Source of the DNA: Mustelus asterias
Taxonomy: Eukaryota
Assembly (NCBI RefSeq): GCF_964213995.1
Contig: NW_027590122.1
Span: 2,046,001 to 2,110,000 of the forward strand
DNA length: 64,000 nt
Direction of reading: 5' to 3'
A model generated the notes under the pieces. That model was not told the DNA's origin. It was given only the letters and a program-made list of their open reading frames with translations, and did no database searches. The position numbers and the translations under genes were made by a program. Positions 47,730 through 62,360 of this stretch are shown in pieces (within the stretch, counting starts at the first letter, position 1; every line of letters begins with the position of its first letter).

Positions 47730-50272
47730 GTGGGCCTCACTGGCTAGGTCAGCATTTATTGCCCATTTCTAAATTGCCTTGAGAAGGTGGTGTTGAGCTG
47801 CCTTCTAGAACCACAGCAATCCCTGTGATGTAGGTACACCCACACTTGTTTGGGAGGAAGCTCCAGGATTCTGGTCCAGTGACAGCAAAGGAACAGCGAT
47901 ATATTTTGAAGTCAAGATGGTGAGTGTTACGATCCCAGTTGATGTTATAATTGGACAGGATGATTCCAGGATGGAACACTGGCTCAAAAGACCGCAACTT
48001 TTACTTTTTGTAGAAAACATAAAGGAACAGAATCACAGGACTGCCAATTAGCTTTTAATAAAATATTTATTAAACACGAAGAGTTTGACGATAACAAAAT
48101 ACTCCTTGACTCACACTTACCTTCACAAATGTATCCAGATTTCAAGGATAACATAGATTTAAAATTCCTTATGCTATAATGTTCTCAGTAAACACATGGT
48201 TCCTTTAAACCCACAGGTTAGCTGTGATCAGACAACCCCCACTCTGAAACCAAGTGGCAGGTGCAACTCAATCGATCCTCTGTGGATTTCTCCTCAAATT
48301 TCCCCCCCAGATGATTGTCTCGAGTGTTTTCAAACTCCGCTCTCAGAAAGACACGTGTTAATATCTCCTTCCAAACCAAGTTTCTCTCCATTGCTTTCAA
48401 CAAAGATCCACTTCCAGGTCTTCCAATTATCCTTTCAAACAAGCCTTTCTCTCCACTCTTTTAGCAAGAAGCTGCCTCTAGGTTTTTAACTCTCAGAATT
48501 CCTTTGCCTTGAATTGCAACATGCTTCCAAAATTCTGCATAAACTCAGATCATCAGTCCGTAACAGAATACAATTGCTTCAAAATCTGGATTTAAGGACA
48601 TCAAACCTTCCCACTATTCAGATATGCGGCTTGTCTGTCACCAACCTCATCAGTTCTTTTCTTCCCAGGTCTGAGTTTAACTTCCATGAATAGTATCCTG
48701 TTCAAAAGACAATGCTGTTCCTTTTTTTCTTCAATATTCCTGGAGCTTCTTTTCCATTCCCGGGTTTCTCAAACTAACTGTCCTTTAGTTCCTCTGGAGC
48801 TTGCTTTCGCACACATTACTCCATTGTATGGCTTTCCTGCTTCTAGTAGAGCTGAGAGCTTCTCACTCTCTCGTTTCCTCACCCCAACTGCTATAGAACA
48901 AAGAACAAAGAAAATTACAGCACAGGAACAGGCCCTTCAGCCCTCCAAGCCTGCACCGGCCATGCTGCCCGACTGAACTAAAACCCCCTACCCTTCCAGG
49001 GACCATATCCCTCTATTCCCATCCTATTCATGTATTTGTCAAGACGCCCCTTAAAAGTCACGACCAAAGACTATAAATTCAACTAATACTACACTCAAAA
49101 ACCTTCTCACCCTAAAGGTGCCCCTGGTTGCTATGCAACAATGCATTACTTCTCCAACTTCACGTTTATTTTTCACGTCATAAACTCTCTCAGCACAACA
49201 GGAATACAATTTCAATTGAAACCTATCCCCCACACATGCAAACACCTTTGTTCAACATTAATCCAACCAAAGTTCTCCTCTTCCTACACAGAAACACTAA
49301 ATCAAACTTACTTAAATCTATACTTTATTTCTAATATTTAACAATAGAAACATAGATCACTTAAAACTATCTCTGTTTTCCTGACATGAGTGACTTAGAG
49401 AGGAACTTCCAGGTGGTGATATTCTCATGTATCTGCTGCTCTTGTCCTTCTAGATGGTAATGTTTCTGGGTCTGTAAGATGCTGCCTAAGGAGTCTTGGT
49501 GAGTTCCTGCAGTGCATTTTGTAGATGGTACACACTGTTGCTACTGTCCGTCGGTGGTAGAGGGAGTGAATGTTTGTGGTTAGTGTGTTGATCAAGTGGG
49601 GCTGCTTTGTCCTGGATGGTTTTGAGCTTCTTGAGTGTTGTTGGGAGCTGCACTCATTCAGGCAAGTGGAGAGTATTCCATCACATTCCTGACTTGTGTC
49701 ATGTAGATGGTGGACGGGCTTTGGGTGGGGGAGTCAGAAGGTGAGTTACTCTCCTCAGGGCTGCCAGTCTCTGACCTGCTCTGGTAGCCACAGTATCTAT
49801 GGGTTTCTGGTCAATGTAACCCCCCAGGATGTTGATAGTGGAAGGGGGATTCAGTGATGGTAATGCCCTTGAATCTCAAGGGGTGATGGTTAGATCTTCT
49901 CCTGTTAGAGATGGTCATTGCCTCGGACTTATGTGGCATGAATGTTACTTGCCATTTGTCAGCCCAAGCCTGGATATTGTTGTATTTGGACATGGACTGC
50001 TTCAGTATCTGAGGAATCACAAATGGTGCTGAACATTGTGTATTCATTGGCGGACATCCCCACTTCTGACCTTATGACGGAGGGAAGGTTATTGATGAAG
50101 CAGCTGAAGATGGTTGGGCCTCGGACACTACCCTGAGAGATCCCTGCATTGATGTCCTGGAGCTGAGATGACTGACCCTCCACAACCACAACCATCTTCC
50201 TAATTGCCAGGTATAAGTCCAACCAGCAGAGAGTTTGCCCCTTGATATCCATTGATTCCAGTTTTGCTTGGG
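47730..50272 (-). mobile_element. CR1/L2-group LINE 3' part, interrupted by a solo LTR
   Basis: GISQGSVRGPTIFSCFINNLP, IQAWADKWQVTF; the 3' UTR is shared with about 23878-24075 (-) and 28300-28590 (+). Confidence 0.75.
47925..49386 (-). mobile_element. Solo LTR (TGT...ACA) with 4-bp TSD TGAG, containing a CR1 tail (about 48893-49062)
   Basis: tgag|TGTTACG...CCTGACA|tgag; the host LINE sequence rejoins across the insert; minus-strand AATAAA near 48066. Confidence 0.85.
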
Positions 50273-50605
50273 GTCCATGATATGGTGGCACAGTGGTTAG
50301 ACCAGTTGGCTCACAGCCCCAGGGACCCAGGTTTTATTCCGGCCTTGGGTGGCTGTGTCGAGTTGGCACATTCATCAGCTTTTTTTTTGTGGATAATTTC
50401 AGTGGAAATGTGCTCTCCCAAACTCAAAGAGCATCAGTCCACTGAAAACAAAGTTGTGAGACCGGCCAGTCCAGCAGAAAGAAACCCTCCAACCCTCCCA
50501 CTTCACCAATTGTCAAAATGAACATAGTTCAGTCCTGGATGTGATTAACAGCAGCAATAACAGCAGAATCCAACCACTGTCATCACTTGTGAACTTACTG
50601 GTGTC

Positions 50606-51820
50606 TCAGCAGGTGGGATGACTGAGTGAATCCCTTTGTGAATCCTTGTGAACTCGCTGGTGTGTCAGCAGGTGGGATGACTGCATGAATCCCTTTCCAC
50701 ACTCAGAGCAGATAAACGGCCTCTCTCTGGTGTGAACTTGCTGGTGACTCTGCAGATAAGATGAAAGAGCGAATCCTTTCCCACACTCAGAGCAGGTGAA
50801 TGGTCTCTCCCTGGTGTGAACACGTCGGTGTGCCTGCAGGTTAGCTGAACGAGTGAATCCCTTCCCACACTCAGAGCAGGTGAACGGCCTCTCCCCGGTG
50901 TGAACTTGCTGGTGATTCTGCAGGTCGGATAACTGAATGAATCCCCTGCCACACTCGGAACAGGTGAATGGCCTCTCCCTGGTGTGAACCTCCTGGTGTG
51001 ACACTAGGTGGGATGATTGAATAAAACGCCTCCCACACTCGGAGCAGACGAATGGCCTCTCCCTGCTGTGAACTCCCTGGTGTGACATTAGGTGTGACGA
51101 TTGGATAAAACGTTTCCCACATTCGGGGCAGCTGAATGGCCTCTCCCTTGTGTGTGTTCCTTTGTGTGTCACTAGATGTGATAACTGAATAAAACGCTTC
51201 CCACACTCGGAGCAGGGGAACAGCCTCTCCCTCCTGTGGACTTCCTGGTGAGTCACTAGGTGTGATAATTGAATAAAACACTTCCCGCACTCAGAGCAGT
51301 TGAAAGGCCTCTCCTTAGTGTGGGCTCGCTGGTGTATCTGCAGGTGAGATGACTGAGTGAAACCCTTTCCACAGTCGGAGCAGGTGAATGGTCGCTCTCC
51401 GGTGTGGATTTGTTGGTGATTCAAAAGTTCAGATGAATGATTGAATTGCTTCCCACACTCAGAGCAGTTGAACGGTTTTTCCCCAGTGTGAACTTGCTGG
51501 TGTGTCAGCAGGTGGGATAACTGAGTGAATCCCTTCCCACACTCAGAGCAGGTGTACGGCCTCTCCCTACTGTGAACTGCTTGGTGATTCCACAGGTCGG
51601 CTGCCTGGAGAAAACCCTTCCCACACTCAGAGCAGATGAAGGGCCTCTCCCCAGTGTGGCTGCATTGATGAATCTTCAGGGCAGATGGGGAGCAGTCTCC
51701 TTCCCCACACTTGGAGCAGGGGAACAGTCTCTCCCCAGTGCGAATATGTTGATGAGTTTGCAGTGCAGACGGGATATGGAATTCCTTACCACAATCCTCA
51801 TCTTTCCCCGGTTTCTCCAT
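50606..51820 (-). CDS. C2H2 zinc-finger protein ZNF-6 (about 13 intact + 1 degenerate finger; H[ST]RERPF linkers; subfamily B)
   Basis: ATG in TMEKP at 51820; open to 50606; the last finger is disrupted by a short rearrangement (gtgaatccctttgtgaatccttgtgaa). Confidence 0.88.
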   Translation of the reverse strand: MEKPGKDEDCGKEFHIPSALQTHQHIRTGERLFPCSKCGEGDCSPSALKIHQCSHTGERPFICSECGKGFLQAADLWNHQAVHSRERPYTCSECGKGFTQLSHLLTHQQVHTGEKPFNCSECGKQFNHSSELLNHQQIHTGERPFTCSDCGKGFTQSSHLQIHQRAHTKERPFNCSECGKCFIQLSHLVTHQEVHRRERLFPCSECGKRFIQLSHLVTHKGTHTRERPFSCPECGKRFIQSSHLMSHQGVHSRERPFVCSECGRRFIQSSHLVSHQEVHTRERPFTCSECGRGFIQLSDLQNHQQVHTGERPFTCSECGKGFTRSANLQAHRRVHTRERPFTCSECGKGFALSSYLQSHQQVHTRERPFICSECGKGFMQSSHLLTHQRVHKDSQRDSLSHPTC

Positions 51821-53149
51821 GGTGTGGATGTCCTTGTGTCTTTCCAGGTTTAACAATCAGTTAAATCCTCATCCACACATAGAGCATGTGCACTGTCTGT
51901 CCCCGCTGTAAATGATGTGATATTTTTGCAGTCTGTGTAACTGGTCTTTTGACAGTCAGTGTACTGGACACTCTCACTCAGCTCTGTGTTTCTTGGTGCC
52001 TTTCCAGTCACACTGATGTGACAGAAAAAACAGATAAATATTTCTTCTTCTAGATTCAAAGTCTGATGATATTCAGGTTCTGATCATTTGAGTGACTCTA
52101 TTAAGCCTTAACATGTTTTGAGATTGCTGGCAGCAAATCTTCCCCTTATAACTTCCTGTAAAATGAGTTTACAAAAGTCATCACTGTCAGTATCAAACAG
52201 AAATTCAGAATAGACAATTCTAGTTTCTGTGGAACATTTCTTCCTTTCTCGTTCCTCTCGATCTGTACATCTCCATCCCACACCCTACTACATCTCCATC
52301 CCACACCCTATCCCTGTCTCCTCACTCTGCTGTATGTATAATACACCCTTCCAATTCTCCTGAAGGTGTTGATTCATGCTGATCAACAAATCCATACTCA
52401 CTGCTTCTTCTCCAGCACTGAGATATCTTCATGCAGGCTGCCAGTCTAAATACCTAAATATACTTAGTGAAGTAAAATGTATGTAACATAGGGGACCAGT
52501 TTAATAAATAGAAGTACAGCAAGGCTATGAGATAGAACATTATTTCAACAGTGAACATTCTTGAATATCAATTGTTTGGCTATGAGGGCGGTGCATTTTG
52601 ATACATTCAATATTTCAAAATGAAATTAGATGGGCAGTCAAAATAGACTGGCAGGGGAACAGGGATACAGACGGGATGAGGAGCATATCAGCCATGATTG
52701 AATGGTGGAGCGGACTCAATGGGCCAAATAGCCTAATTATGCTCCTCTATCTTATGAACTTATGGGGGAATGGGACTGACTAGTTGGCTCTGCAGAGAGT
52801 TAGCATGGACTTGAGTTGCTGAATGGACTCCTTGTGTGATACAATAACCCGATTACTGAAAATAAACTACTTAGTTACAGTATTAACAAAACTAAAAATA
52901 ATAAAAAATGAACTTTATTACTGGATCATGCATAATATATCTAATTTGTACCATATTACAAGACTGCACACATCTCTGTCCTATATTAATTTACTGCCCC
53001 TTAAATTTCAGCTATTTCCTCGGGAAATCACCCCTTTAAATTGTGAACATTAGGAAAGAGACCATCCTCTTAACCAGACAAATAAATGTGCCAAGTTGAG
53101 GAAGCAAAGGATGGCAATGTCTTTAAGAAGGAGAGAGATACCTGGGCCA

Positions 53150-53610
53150 ACCTTTCCAGAGTCTGCAGCCTCCCTGAATTCACTTCCTTTCCCTTCAGTT
53201 GCTGCAAGTCCCCAATTTAACCCCAGAATGAGAAAAAGAAGGAGAGAAGAAAACAAAGTGTTTTACTCACATGTAGGAAGAGGTTTCAGTCTGTCTGAAA
53301 TCCAATCTGCATTGTCACAAAGCCCGCACTCTGATTGGCTGGAGGACCAGTGTCCTTCCGGTCCTCCAATTCTTCCCATTGGTCAATACCCCTCATGAAG
53401 ACAGTGGTGCAGCGGAAGTGAGTGGGAGACACTTTGACCCCGGTCGCTCTCAGTTGTTGGCCAATGGGAAACGCTATCCTCCGCACATGCGCAGCACTTC
53501 TCTGGGTTCATCATGCGCAGTCCCACCCGGCGAATAGAGCGATTTCCTCAGCGCGGGGGATTGTGGGAGCCGCGGCCGCCATTACTCGGCCGGAGCCCAG
53601 TCTCCAAACA
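53150..53610. promoter_or_regulatory. CpG-rich promoter and 5' exon/intron of ZNF-6 (probably bidirectional in origin)
   Basis: ctctgattggctggaggacca (also at about 42128), GCGGAAGTG, NRF1 catgcgca x2, YY1-like ccgccatt; minus-strand donor AT|GTGAGT near 53271. Confidence 0.7.
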
Positions 53611-54639
53611 CCTGGGACTGCGATGGATGGGATGGGGAGGAGGCGAAGTGACCCCATCCAGATATGATGTACATCTGGGTAGTCACTGGAATTGATAGCG
53701 AAGCCGCCTTAGCAAAATTCAGGTGTAAAGATTTAGACACCTGGGTGACATATTGGGGAGTGGAATAGCTCAATGTGAAACTGAACCCCAGAGTCAGCAG
53801 CGTCCTTGGGGGAGAACTGGGGAAAAATAAGGAGGATGGTCAAAAGAATTAGGCTTACAATTGATAGGGAGGAGGCAGATGTTTAAAGTTTGAAATTTGA
53901 TTAGATTTGATTTATTATTGTCACATGTATTAGTAGACAGTGAGAAGTTTGTTTCTTGTACGTTTTACTGACAAAGAGAAGGAAAGAGGAGGGTGCAGAA
54001 TGTAGTATTACAGTCATAGCTAGGATATAGAGAAAGATCAAATTAATGTGAGGTAGTTCCATTCAAAAGTTTGATGGCCTCAGGGAAGAAGCTGTTCTCG
54101 ATTTGGTTATACATGTTCTCAGACCTTTATATCTTTTTCCCGATGGAAGAAGGTGGAAGAAAGAATGTCCAGGGTGCGTGGGGTCCTTGATTACGCTGGC
54201 TGCTTTTCTAAGACAGTGGGAAATGTAGACATAGTCAATGGATAGGAGGCTGGTTTGCATGATGGATTTGGTCTTTCATGACCCTTTGTAGTTTCTTGTG
54301 GTCTTGGACAGAGCAGGAGCAATATCAAGTTGTGATACAACCAGAAAGAATGCTTTCCAGAAAGGGAGGAGAAGGTTATGTGACAACCAGAATATCAGTT
54401 TCAAATTTCTATCCTGTGCTTACATTCATTGCTTTGATAGATGTTTTTATTTACAAGGGATTAGAATGGAAGGATTTTCAGTCAGAAATATCTTGGTTCA
54501 TTTGGACACGACTATCATCAGTGATCAAATGTCAGGGGAACAATGATGCCCTGTTCAAAAAGATTTCAATCATCAGTGCGAATGGAAAAGTTGAGTGATG
54601 CACATTCCCAAGAGAGAGAGAGATTTCCAGGGAAAGAGA

Positions 54640-55325
54640 CATAAGAATATATGAACGAATGAACTAGGAGTAGGCTACTCAGTCCCTCCAACCTGCTCCA
54701 CAATTCAATAAGATCATGGCAGATCTGATTTTAGCCTCAACCCCACAGTCCTGGCTACTCCTAATAACTTTTCAGTCCCTCATAAATCAAGATTCTATTT
54801 GACTGTGCTTTTAACTTATTCAAAGACAATGCTTCCACTGTCTTTTGAGGAAGAGTTCCAGAGACTCACAGCCCTCTTAGAGAAAACATTAGTAATCTTG
54901 GTCATAGATGAGCAAACTCTTATTTGTAAACATATGCTCCACCCCTGCCAGGTCTAGATTCTCCATTAAAAGAAAACATTCTCTCCACATCCACCCTGTC
55001 AAGACCCTCAGGTTTTGATCTAATCACCTCTTACTCTTCTAAACTCTAGTGGATACAAGCTGACCTGTCCAACATTTCCTCATCAGACAACCTGTCTATT
55101 CCTGGTATTAGTCTAGAAAACCTTCTCAAAACTGCTTCCAACACATTTACATCTTTCCTTAAGTAGGGAGACCAATACTGTGCACAACACTCCAGATGTG
55201 GTCTCACCAATTGTGTGTACAACTGGAGCATAACCTCCCTACTTTTGTAATCACTTCCCCTCACTATGAACAATAACATTCTATGAGCTTTCCTAATTAC
55301 TTGCTGTTCCTGTATACTGGCCTTT
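54640..55325 (-). mobile_element. CR1 LINE 3' fragment
   Basis: YKSREVMLQLYTQLVRPHLECCAQYWSPYLRKD; CR1 tail. Confidence 0.85.
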
Positions 55326-55329
55326 TGGG

Positions 55330-55995
55330 ATCCAAGGTGATCAAAAAGTTGCTGACACCTGAATCTAGCCTGTGAAACAAGTGTGTTCTGTTAGCGTGGT
55401 TGGGTACCTGAGAGATTGTTTGGAAGCTTGAATGCACATGGAGATCGAGGCCAGACGAATACAGAAAGAAGTTGAAATCCTGGCGGTGGATCCTTGGTGA
55501 AGGCATCCAATAGAAAGAATTGTATAGGAGAAGATTCCAAAGTGTCATCTTCGAGAGTGTGGGATTGGAAATGCTCGTGTGGAAGACAGAATTTCAGTGA
55601 GATCAGTTGGCTCACAGTTTGACAACCATCTGGGGAAATGATGAGAAATCCAGAGAAGTTGTATTCGGTGACATCTGTCACTTGGTTTCAGAGTGTGGGG
55701 TGTCTGGCCACATTTCACCGATTGGTTTGCATGGACTGTGAACTTACTGAGAATATTTGAGTGTAAGATAAAGTTTGTAACTTGTGTAATGGTAGAAATC
55801 TGTTTATATCTGTCAAGGTATTGCTGGGGTGAAGGAGAGTTAATTCTACTTAATGTTTTCTTGTTTAATAAAAGTTTACCAAAAATCTCTGTCTGCTCAT
55901 CCAGCTATCTAAACAAAATAATAGTGAGGATCTATCAAGCCATCTTCCATCCTGGAATCTGACATTGCCAGTAGTAACATCAGCTGATACAATAA
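55330..55995 (+). mobile_element. LTR fragment related to the 47925-49386 solo LTR
   Basis: 3' end agcca.cttccatcctggaatc...taacatcagctg matches the reverse complement of 47930-47985; AATAAA near 55867. Confidence 0.6.
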
Positions 55996-56479
55996 GGTAC
56001 TTTCACCTCTATGAGGCAGTTCAGCTCTTTTCTCCATGTTTGAACCAAGGCTGTAATGAGGTCAGGAACTCAGTGACCCTTGCAGAACCCAAACTGACCA
56101 TCAGTGAGTAGTTTCTTCTGAAGCAAGTGCCACTTAACAGCAGATATCCCCTTTCATCACTTTACTGATGATCAAGGGAGGTTGAATGCACCAATAATTG
56201 GCCGGGTAGCATTTGTCCTGCTTTTTGTATGCAGGGTGTACCTGATCAATTTTCCTCACTGCTGGGTAATCAGTAATTTATAAAGATTCAGGATAACTCC
56301 CTGCTTTGCACTCCATACCTCCATTCATAAACTGAGGACCCCATTAGCTTTTTTAAAAAAACAGCTTTGTCAACTTGCCTTGTCACAATCAATGAATTTT
56401 GATAAAATGCTCTCTCAGAGTTGGTGCAGACTCGATGGGCCAAATGGCCTCCTTCTGCACTGCATGGACTCTATGATAG

Positions 56480-57060
56480 AACTGGGCATTGCCAGTGTGC
56501 ATGTGAAAACAAACACGGTGCTTTTGAATGATATAACATAGTGGCAGCATGTAGATGAGAGATAGGAGGGGCCATGGATAGATCCCAGAGGGACTCCGAG
56601 TTCAGGGACTTGGGAGAGAAAAGTGATATGAGATGGAGCGGTTGTTGGCGAGAACGGTGTGGTCACAGATTGATTTTTTAGGATGGGTGATGGTGGTGAA
56701 TTTGAAGGGAGGAGGGACAGAATTAAAAGAGATTGAGAGCTGCAAACAGTATCAGCTAACATGGGAAAGGTGGGTGCTCGGTGGTTTAGTGGGAATAGGG
56801 TCAATACAACAGAAGACAGTATGTGCTCTGAGAGGGCATAAGTGAGATATAGGATAGAAACTGGAGAAACCTGGGGTTAGGACTTGGATGAGGAACTTTC
56901 TATAAAGTCTGGCTCAATGGGCTAATGGAAGGAAGGGAAGCAGCAGAGGTAGTTGATCAATTTGTCTCAATCTGAGTGACAAAGAAGCTCCATGAGCTCC
57001 TCACACTTGTTACTGGAGGTGAGGATGGAAGGAGACAGGGGAGAGGGAGAGCCCTTCCAA
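56480..57060 (-). mobile_element. L2-like LINE remnant downstream of ZNF-7 (homologs downstream of ZNF-1 and ZNF-2)
   Basis: GVPLGSIHGP RT remnant; block gggctctccctctcccctgtctcc...cctcacctcca...gagctcatggagcttctttgtcac shared with 20585-20705 (+) and 26140-26270 (-). Confidence 0.65.
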
Positions 57061-57248
57061 AGAAATTAACATGAATGAGAAATTAAAAAGATTTACCGCA
57101 CTGTGTGCTTCAGACAAAACTGATTTATTTTCCTTTGATCAACAATATTAACTGTAACAGGCCTGGAGTTTATTCACATGAACAGAAACAGACTCCACTG
57201 AAGATGGTTGTCGTGGATGAGATTAACAGGAAAATCCAATCAATGTAG

Positions 57249-58168
<920 letters not shown>

Positions 58169-58604
58169 GTTCAAAATTTGATGATATTCAGTTCCAATAA
58201 TTTGGGCAACTTTGTCAGATCCCGATATGATGTTTGGTTTCCGGTTTCCCTGTTGCAAAACCACCCCTTCTAAGACCCTGTCAAGTGAATTTAAAACAGA
58301 AAAAAAAGTGAGAGAATCCACAAAACACAAAGGCAGGTTGTGAAATTGAGCTGAATAAATATGGCAATTTTTGGGGCTGGCACAAGGAAAAAGTGAGCAT
58401 GGAAACTGCTGGATTGTTAAAAACCCAACTGGCTCATTAATAACCTTCAGGGAAGGGAAGCTGACCCCCATCTGAGCCGAGACAAGATTATGATCTCTAT
58501 GAGGGGAGAAGAGGGAGAGAGGATTGGAAGCAGAAGAAGAGAAAGAGAGTGATTTTCTATTTGTACAAATCAACCAGGATTTTAACAGAAGTGTGTCAAA
58601 CACT

Positions 58605-60108
58605 TACCCCTAACATCTCCCCTGTACCTACCCCCCAGCACCCTAAACTGGTGTCCTCTTGTAGCAGACATTTCCACCCTGGGAAAAAGCCTCTGAGAGT
58701 CCACCCGATCTATGCCTCTCAACATCTTATACACCTCTATAGGTCTCCTCTCATCCTTCGTCTCTCCAAAGAGAAAAGACCAAGCTCCCTCAGCCTATCC
58801 TCATAAGGCATGCCACTCAATCCAGGCAACATCCTTGTAAATCTCCTCTGCACCCTTTCAATCTGTTCCACATCCATCCTATAGTGAGGCGACCAGAACT
58901 GAGCATAGTACTCCATGTGGGGTCTGACGAGGGTCTAATATAGCTGCAGCATTATCCCCGGACTCCTAAACTCAATCCCTCGATTGATAAAGGCCAGCAC
59001 ACCATACGCCTTCTTAACTACCTCCTCCACCTGCGGGGCCGCTTTCAGAGTCCCATGGACCCGGACCCCAAGGTCCTTCTGATCCTCTACAGTACTAAGA
59101 GTCTTTCCCTTTATATTGTACTCCTGCATCCCATTTGACCTGCCAAAATGGACCACTACGCATTTATCTGGGTTGAAGTCCATCTGCCACTTGTCCGCCC
59201 AGTCTTGCATCCTATCTATGTCCCTCTGTAACTTCTGACATCCCTCCAGACTATCCACAACCCCACCAACCTTCGTGTTGTCGGCAAACTTACCAACCCA
59301 TCCCTCCGCTTCCTCATCCAGGTCATTTATGAAAATGACAAACAGCAAGGGTCCCAGAACAGATCCCTGGGGCACACCACTGGTGACCGACCTCCATTTA
59401 GAAAAAGACCCATCTATACCCACTCTCTGCCTCCTTTGGGCAAGCAATTTCTGGATCCACTGGGCAGCTGCCCCTTGGATCCCATGCCCTCTCACTTTTT
59501 CTAGAAGCCTTGCATGGGGGACCTTATCGAACGCCTTGCTAATATCTATATAAACCACATCTACCGCCTTCCCTTCGTCAATGTGTTTAGTCACATTTTC
59601 GAAGAACTCCACCAGCTCGTAAGGCATGATCTGCCCTTGACAAAGCCATGCTGAGTATTCTTGAGCATACTAAACCTCCCTAAATGCTCATATATCCTGT
59701 CCCTCAGGATCTTCTCCATCAGTTTACCAACCACTGAGGTTAGACTCACCGGTCGGTAATTTCCTGGGCTATCCCTATTCCCCTTCTTGAAAATAGGAAC
59801 CACATCCGCAATCCTCCAATCCTCCGGCACCTCTCCCGTCTCCATCGACGACGCAAAAATCGTCAGGGACTCTGCAATCTCTTCCCTCGCCTCCCACAGT
59901 AACCTGGGGTACATCCCATCCGGATCCGGCGACTTATCTATCTTGATGGCATTCAAAGATTCCAGCACAACCTCTTTCTTAAAGTCCACATACTCAATCC
60001 TTTCAGTCCACCACAAGCCCGCAGTACATCCACCCAGGTCCTTCTCCTCTGTGAAAACCGAGGCAAAATACTCATTGAGCACCTCTGCCATTTCTACTGG
60101 TTCCATAC
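58605..60108 (-). mobile_element. CR1 LINE ORF2 fragment (relatively young)
   Basis: KSPDPDGMYPR, GNYRPVSLTS, QHGFVKGRSC, SKAFDKVPH, GVPQGSVLGP, KFADNTK. Confidence 0.95.
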
Positions 60109-60979
60109 ACCGAGCTGTGTGTGTTTGGTGCCTCAAAAAAATACAATCTCATCTCCCTCCTCGCCCTCTTTACCAATTACCTTCGAAGGTGAGAATGAGC
60201 CTGCCAACCCCTTTCACCCGCTTTCTCTAAAATACATAAACTTAGTCATGAAAAGCCCAGCTAAATAAAATGTTATTCCTGAGAGTTTATTCATGAAGCA
60301 GAACATGGTTAAAAACACAAAATTATTTCAGATCAAAGCCAAGGGTAAAAAGGTGTGAACAATGTTTCTCTTCAGCTCCTCTGTAATCTGTTCCCATGGT
60401 CCCTTGCTTTGGACACAGGGACACTGAACCCTGGGGGTCATATCACCATGTCCCAGTCACCCCTCCCATGCCCCAATTAGTTAAAGGCCTTTTCCAGTCA
60501 GTTCCCCAGCACCTTTTGCCTCACTCTTAGTGTGACACCCAGGTTCCCAACTGGGACTCAGGCCCTGTTATTCTCAGCTAAATTCAGCCCTCAGCTCTGT
60601 CGCCCGGCTGTCATTGACACAAGAAGCAAGACGGGCAGAAAGGTTCCCGAAGCTCAAATGGAAACTTGAAACTTGTGGCTCCAAACAAACACTTCAACAT
60701 TTGTCAGTCAGATACATGTTATTTAGACTGGGGTTTTATTATTAAACTTTGTGACTGCAGATAAAGGGAGGGGGCTTTAAATGGGTAAACGCTAAGAAAA
60801 TTGCAGAGCGATGGGATTAATCGGATAGCTGGCATAAGCACAATGGATCAAATGACCTCCTGCTTTTGGCACAGTGGTTAGCACTGCTGCCTCACACTGC
60901 CAGTTCAATTCTGGCCTTTGGTGACTGTGTGGAGTTTGTATGTTATGCTCCTGTCTGCATTGGTTTCCTCTGGGACCAG

Positions 60980-61850
60980 TTAGACCCCAACTTGAGTCGT
61001 GAGTCCATTTCTGATCACCACACTTTAGGAAGTGAGGGCCCTTGAGAAGGTGCAGAGGAGATTTACCAGAATAATACCAGGGATGAGGGGTTTTAACAAC
61101 AATGTTAGGCTGGAGAAACTGGGGTTGTTCTCCTTGGAACAAAGTAGATTGAGGGGAGATTTGATGAAGGTGTACACATTTATAACAGATTTTAGAAGAT
61201 AGATAAAGAAAAGCTGTTCTCATCAGCTTCGGACACAGTTTTAAGATTTTGAGCAAGATCTACAGAGGAGGTTGGAGGAAAAAACATTTACACAGTGAGT
61301 GGTAATGATCTGGAACTCAATATCCAGGTCCTGTTGAACAGTGACTCAGTCAGATTTTGATGTGAGATCTAGTTTGAGTTACTGCCTGCAACTTCTTTTC
61401 CAATACACTACAAAATAAATTTACAAAATCCATCACAGTCATGTCCAGGTCTGAAATTTGGAAGAGACAAACATTTTTCTTGGTTTGATAGATTCGATAG
61501 AGGTGTAGAAATTTATGACAGGTTTAGATCAGATAGAAAGAAAAGCTGTTGCCATTGGCTGGTTGTACAAGGATGAGGTGGCACAGATTTAAGGTTTGGC
61601 GAAGAGATGCAGAGGGGATGTAAGGAAGAACATTTTAAAACAGACCCTGATAATGAACTGAAACTCGCTGAATATGAGGGGGTGGAAGCAGAGGCTGAAC
61701 GATATCAAAAGGAAATTGGATGGACGCTTGAGGGGAATAAATCTGCAGATTATGGCACTAGAACAGGGCAATGGGACGGAATGTTTTTTCTACAGAGTTG
61801 GCCTGGACTCAATAGGCCAAATGGCCTGTCCCTATTACTGTGTGATCTAA
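60980..61850 (+). mobile_element. Two degenerate CR1 3' fragments (about 60980-61320 and 61490-61850) separated by a ZNF acceptor-region remnant
   Basis: LEKVQRRFTR..PGMR, LEKLGLFSLEQ..LRGDL remnants; 61330-61480 resembles the ZNF acceptor region on the minus strand. Confidence 0.65.
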
Positions 61851-62360
61851 AGAGAATAATTTCAGCTACTCCAGCCTCTCCAACTAACTGAAGTCCCTCA
61901 TTCCTGGTTTCCTTCCCGTAAATCCCCTCTGCACCCTCTCTGAGAACTTCACATCTTTCCTAAAGTGTAGGGCCCATAGATAGGGTTCCATTCCAGAGGG
62001 ATAGAATTTAAAAGCAGGAAGATTATGTTCAACTTGTTTAAAACCAGGGTTACACAACACTGGGAACTCTGCCAAATTAGTGATCTCCATTTAGGACATG
62101 GATGCACTGGGTACAGATTCAATGGAACTGAGACAAACATATTTAGTTTGGATCTAGCTGTAGTGGTAAGAAAAGCATTATTTACTATCCAGGATAAAAT
62201 TAATGAATTTGTCAGTTTTTGTGAATCATTTCAGTGGAAATGTGCTCTCCCAGGCTCAAAGAGCATCAGCCCACTGGAAGCAAAGTTGTGAGATCGGCCA
62301 GTCCAGCAGAAAGAAACCCTCCAACCCTCCCACTTCACCAACTGTCAGAATGAACATGGT

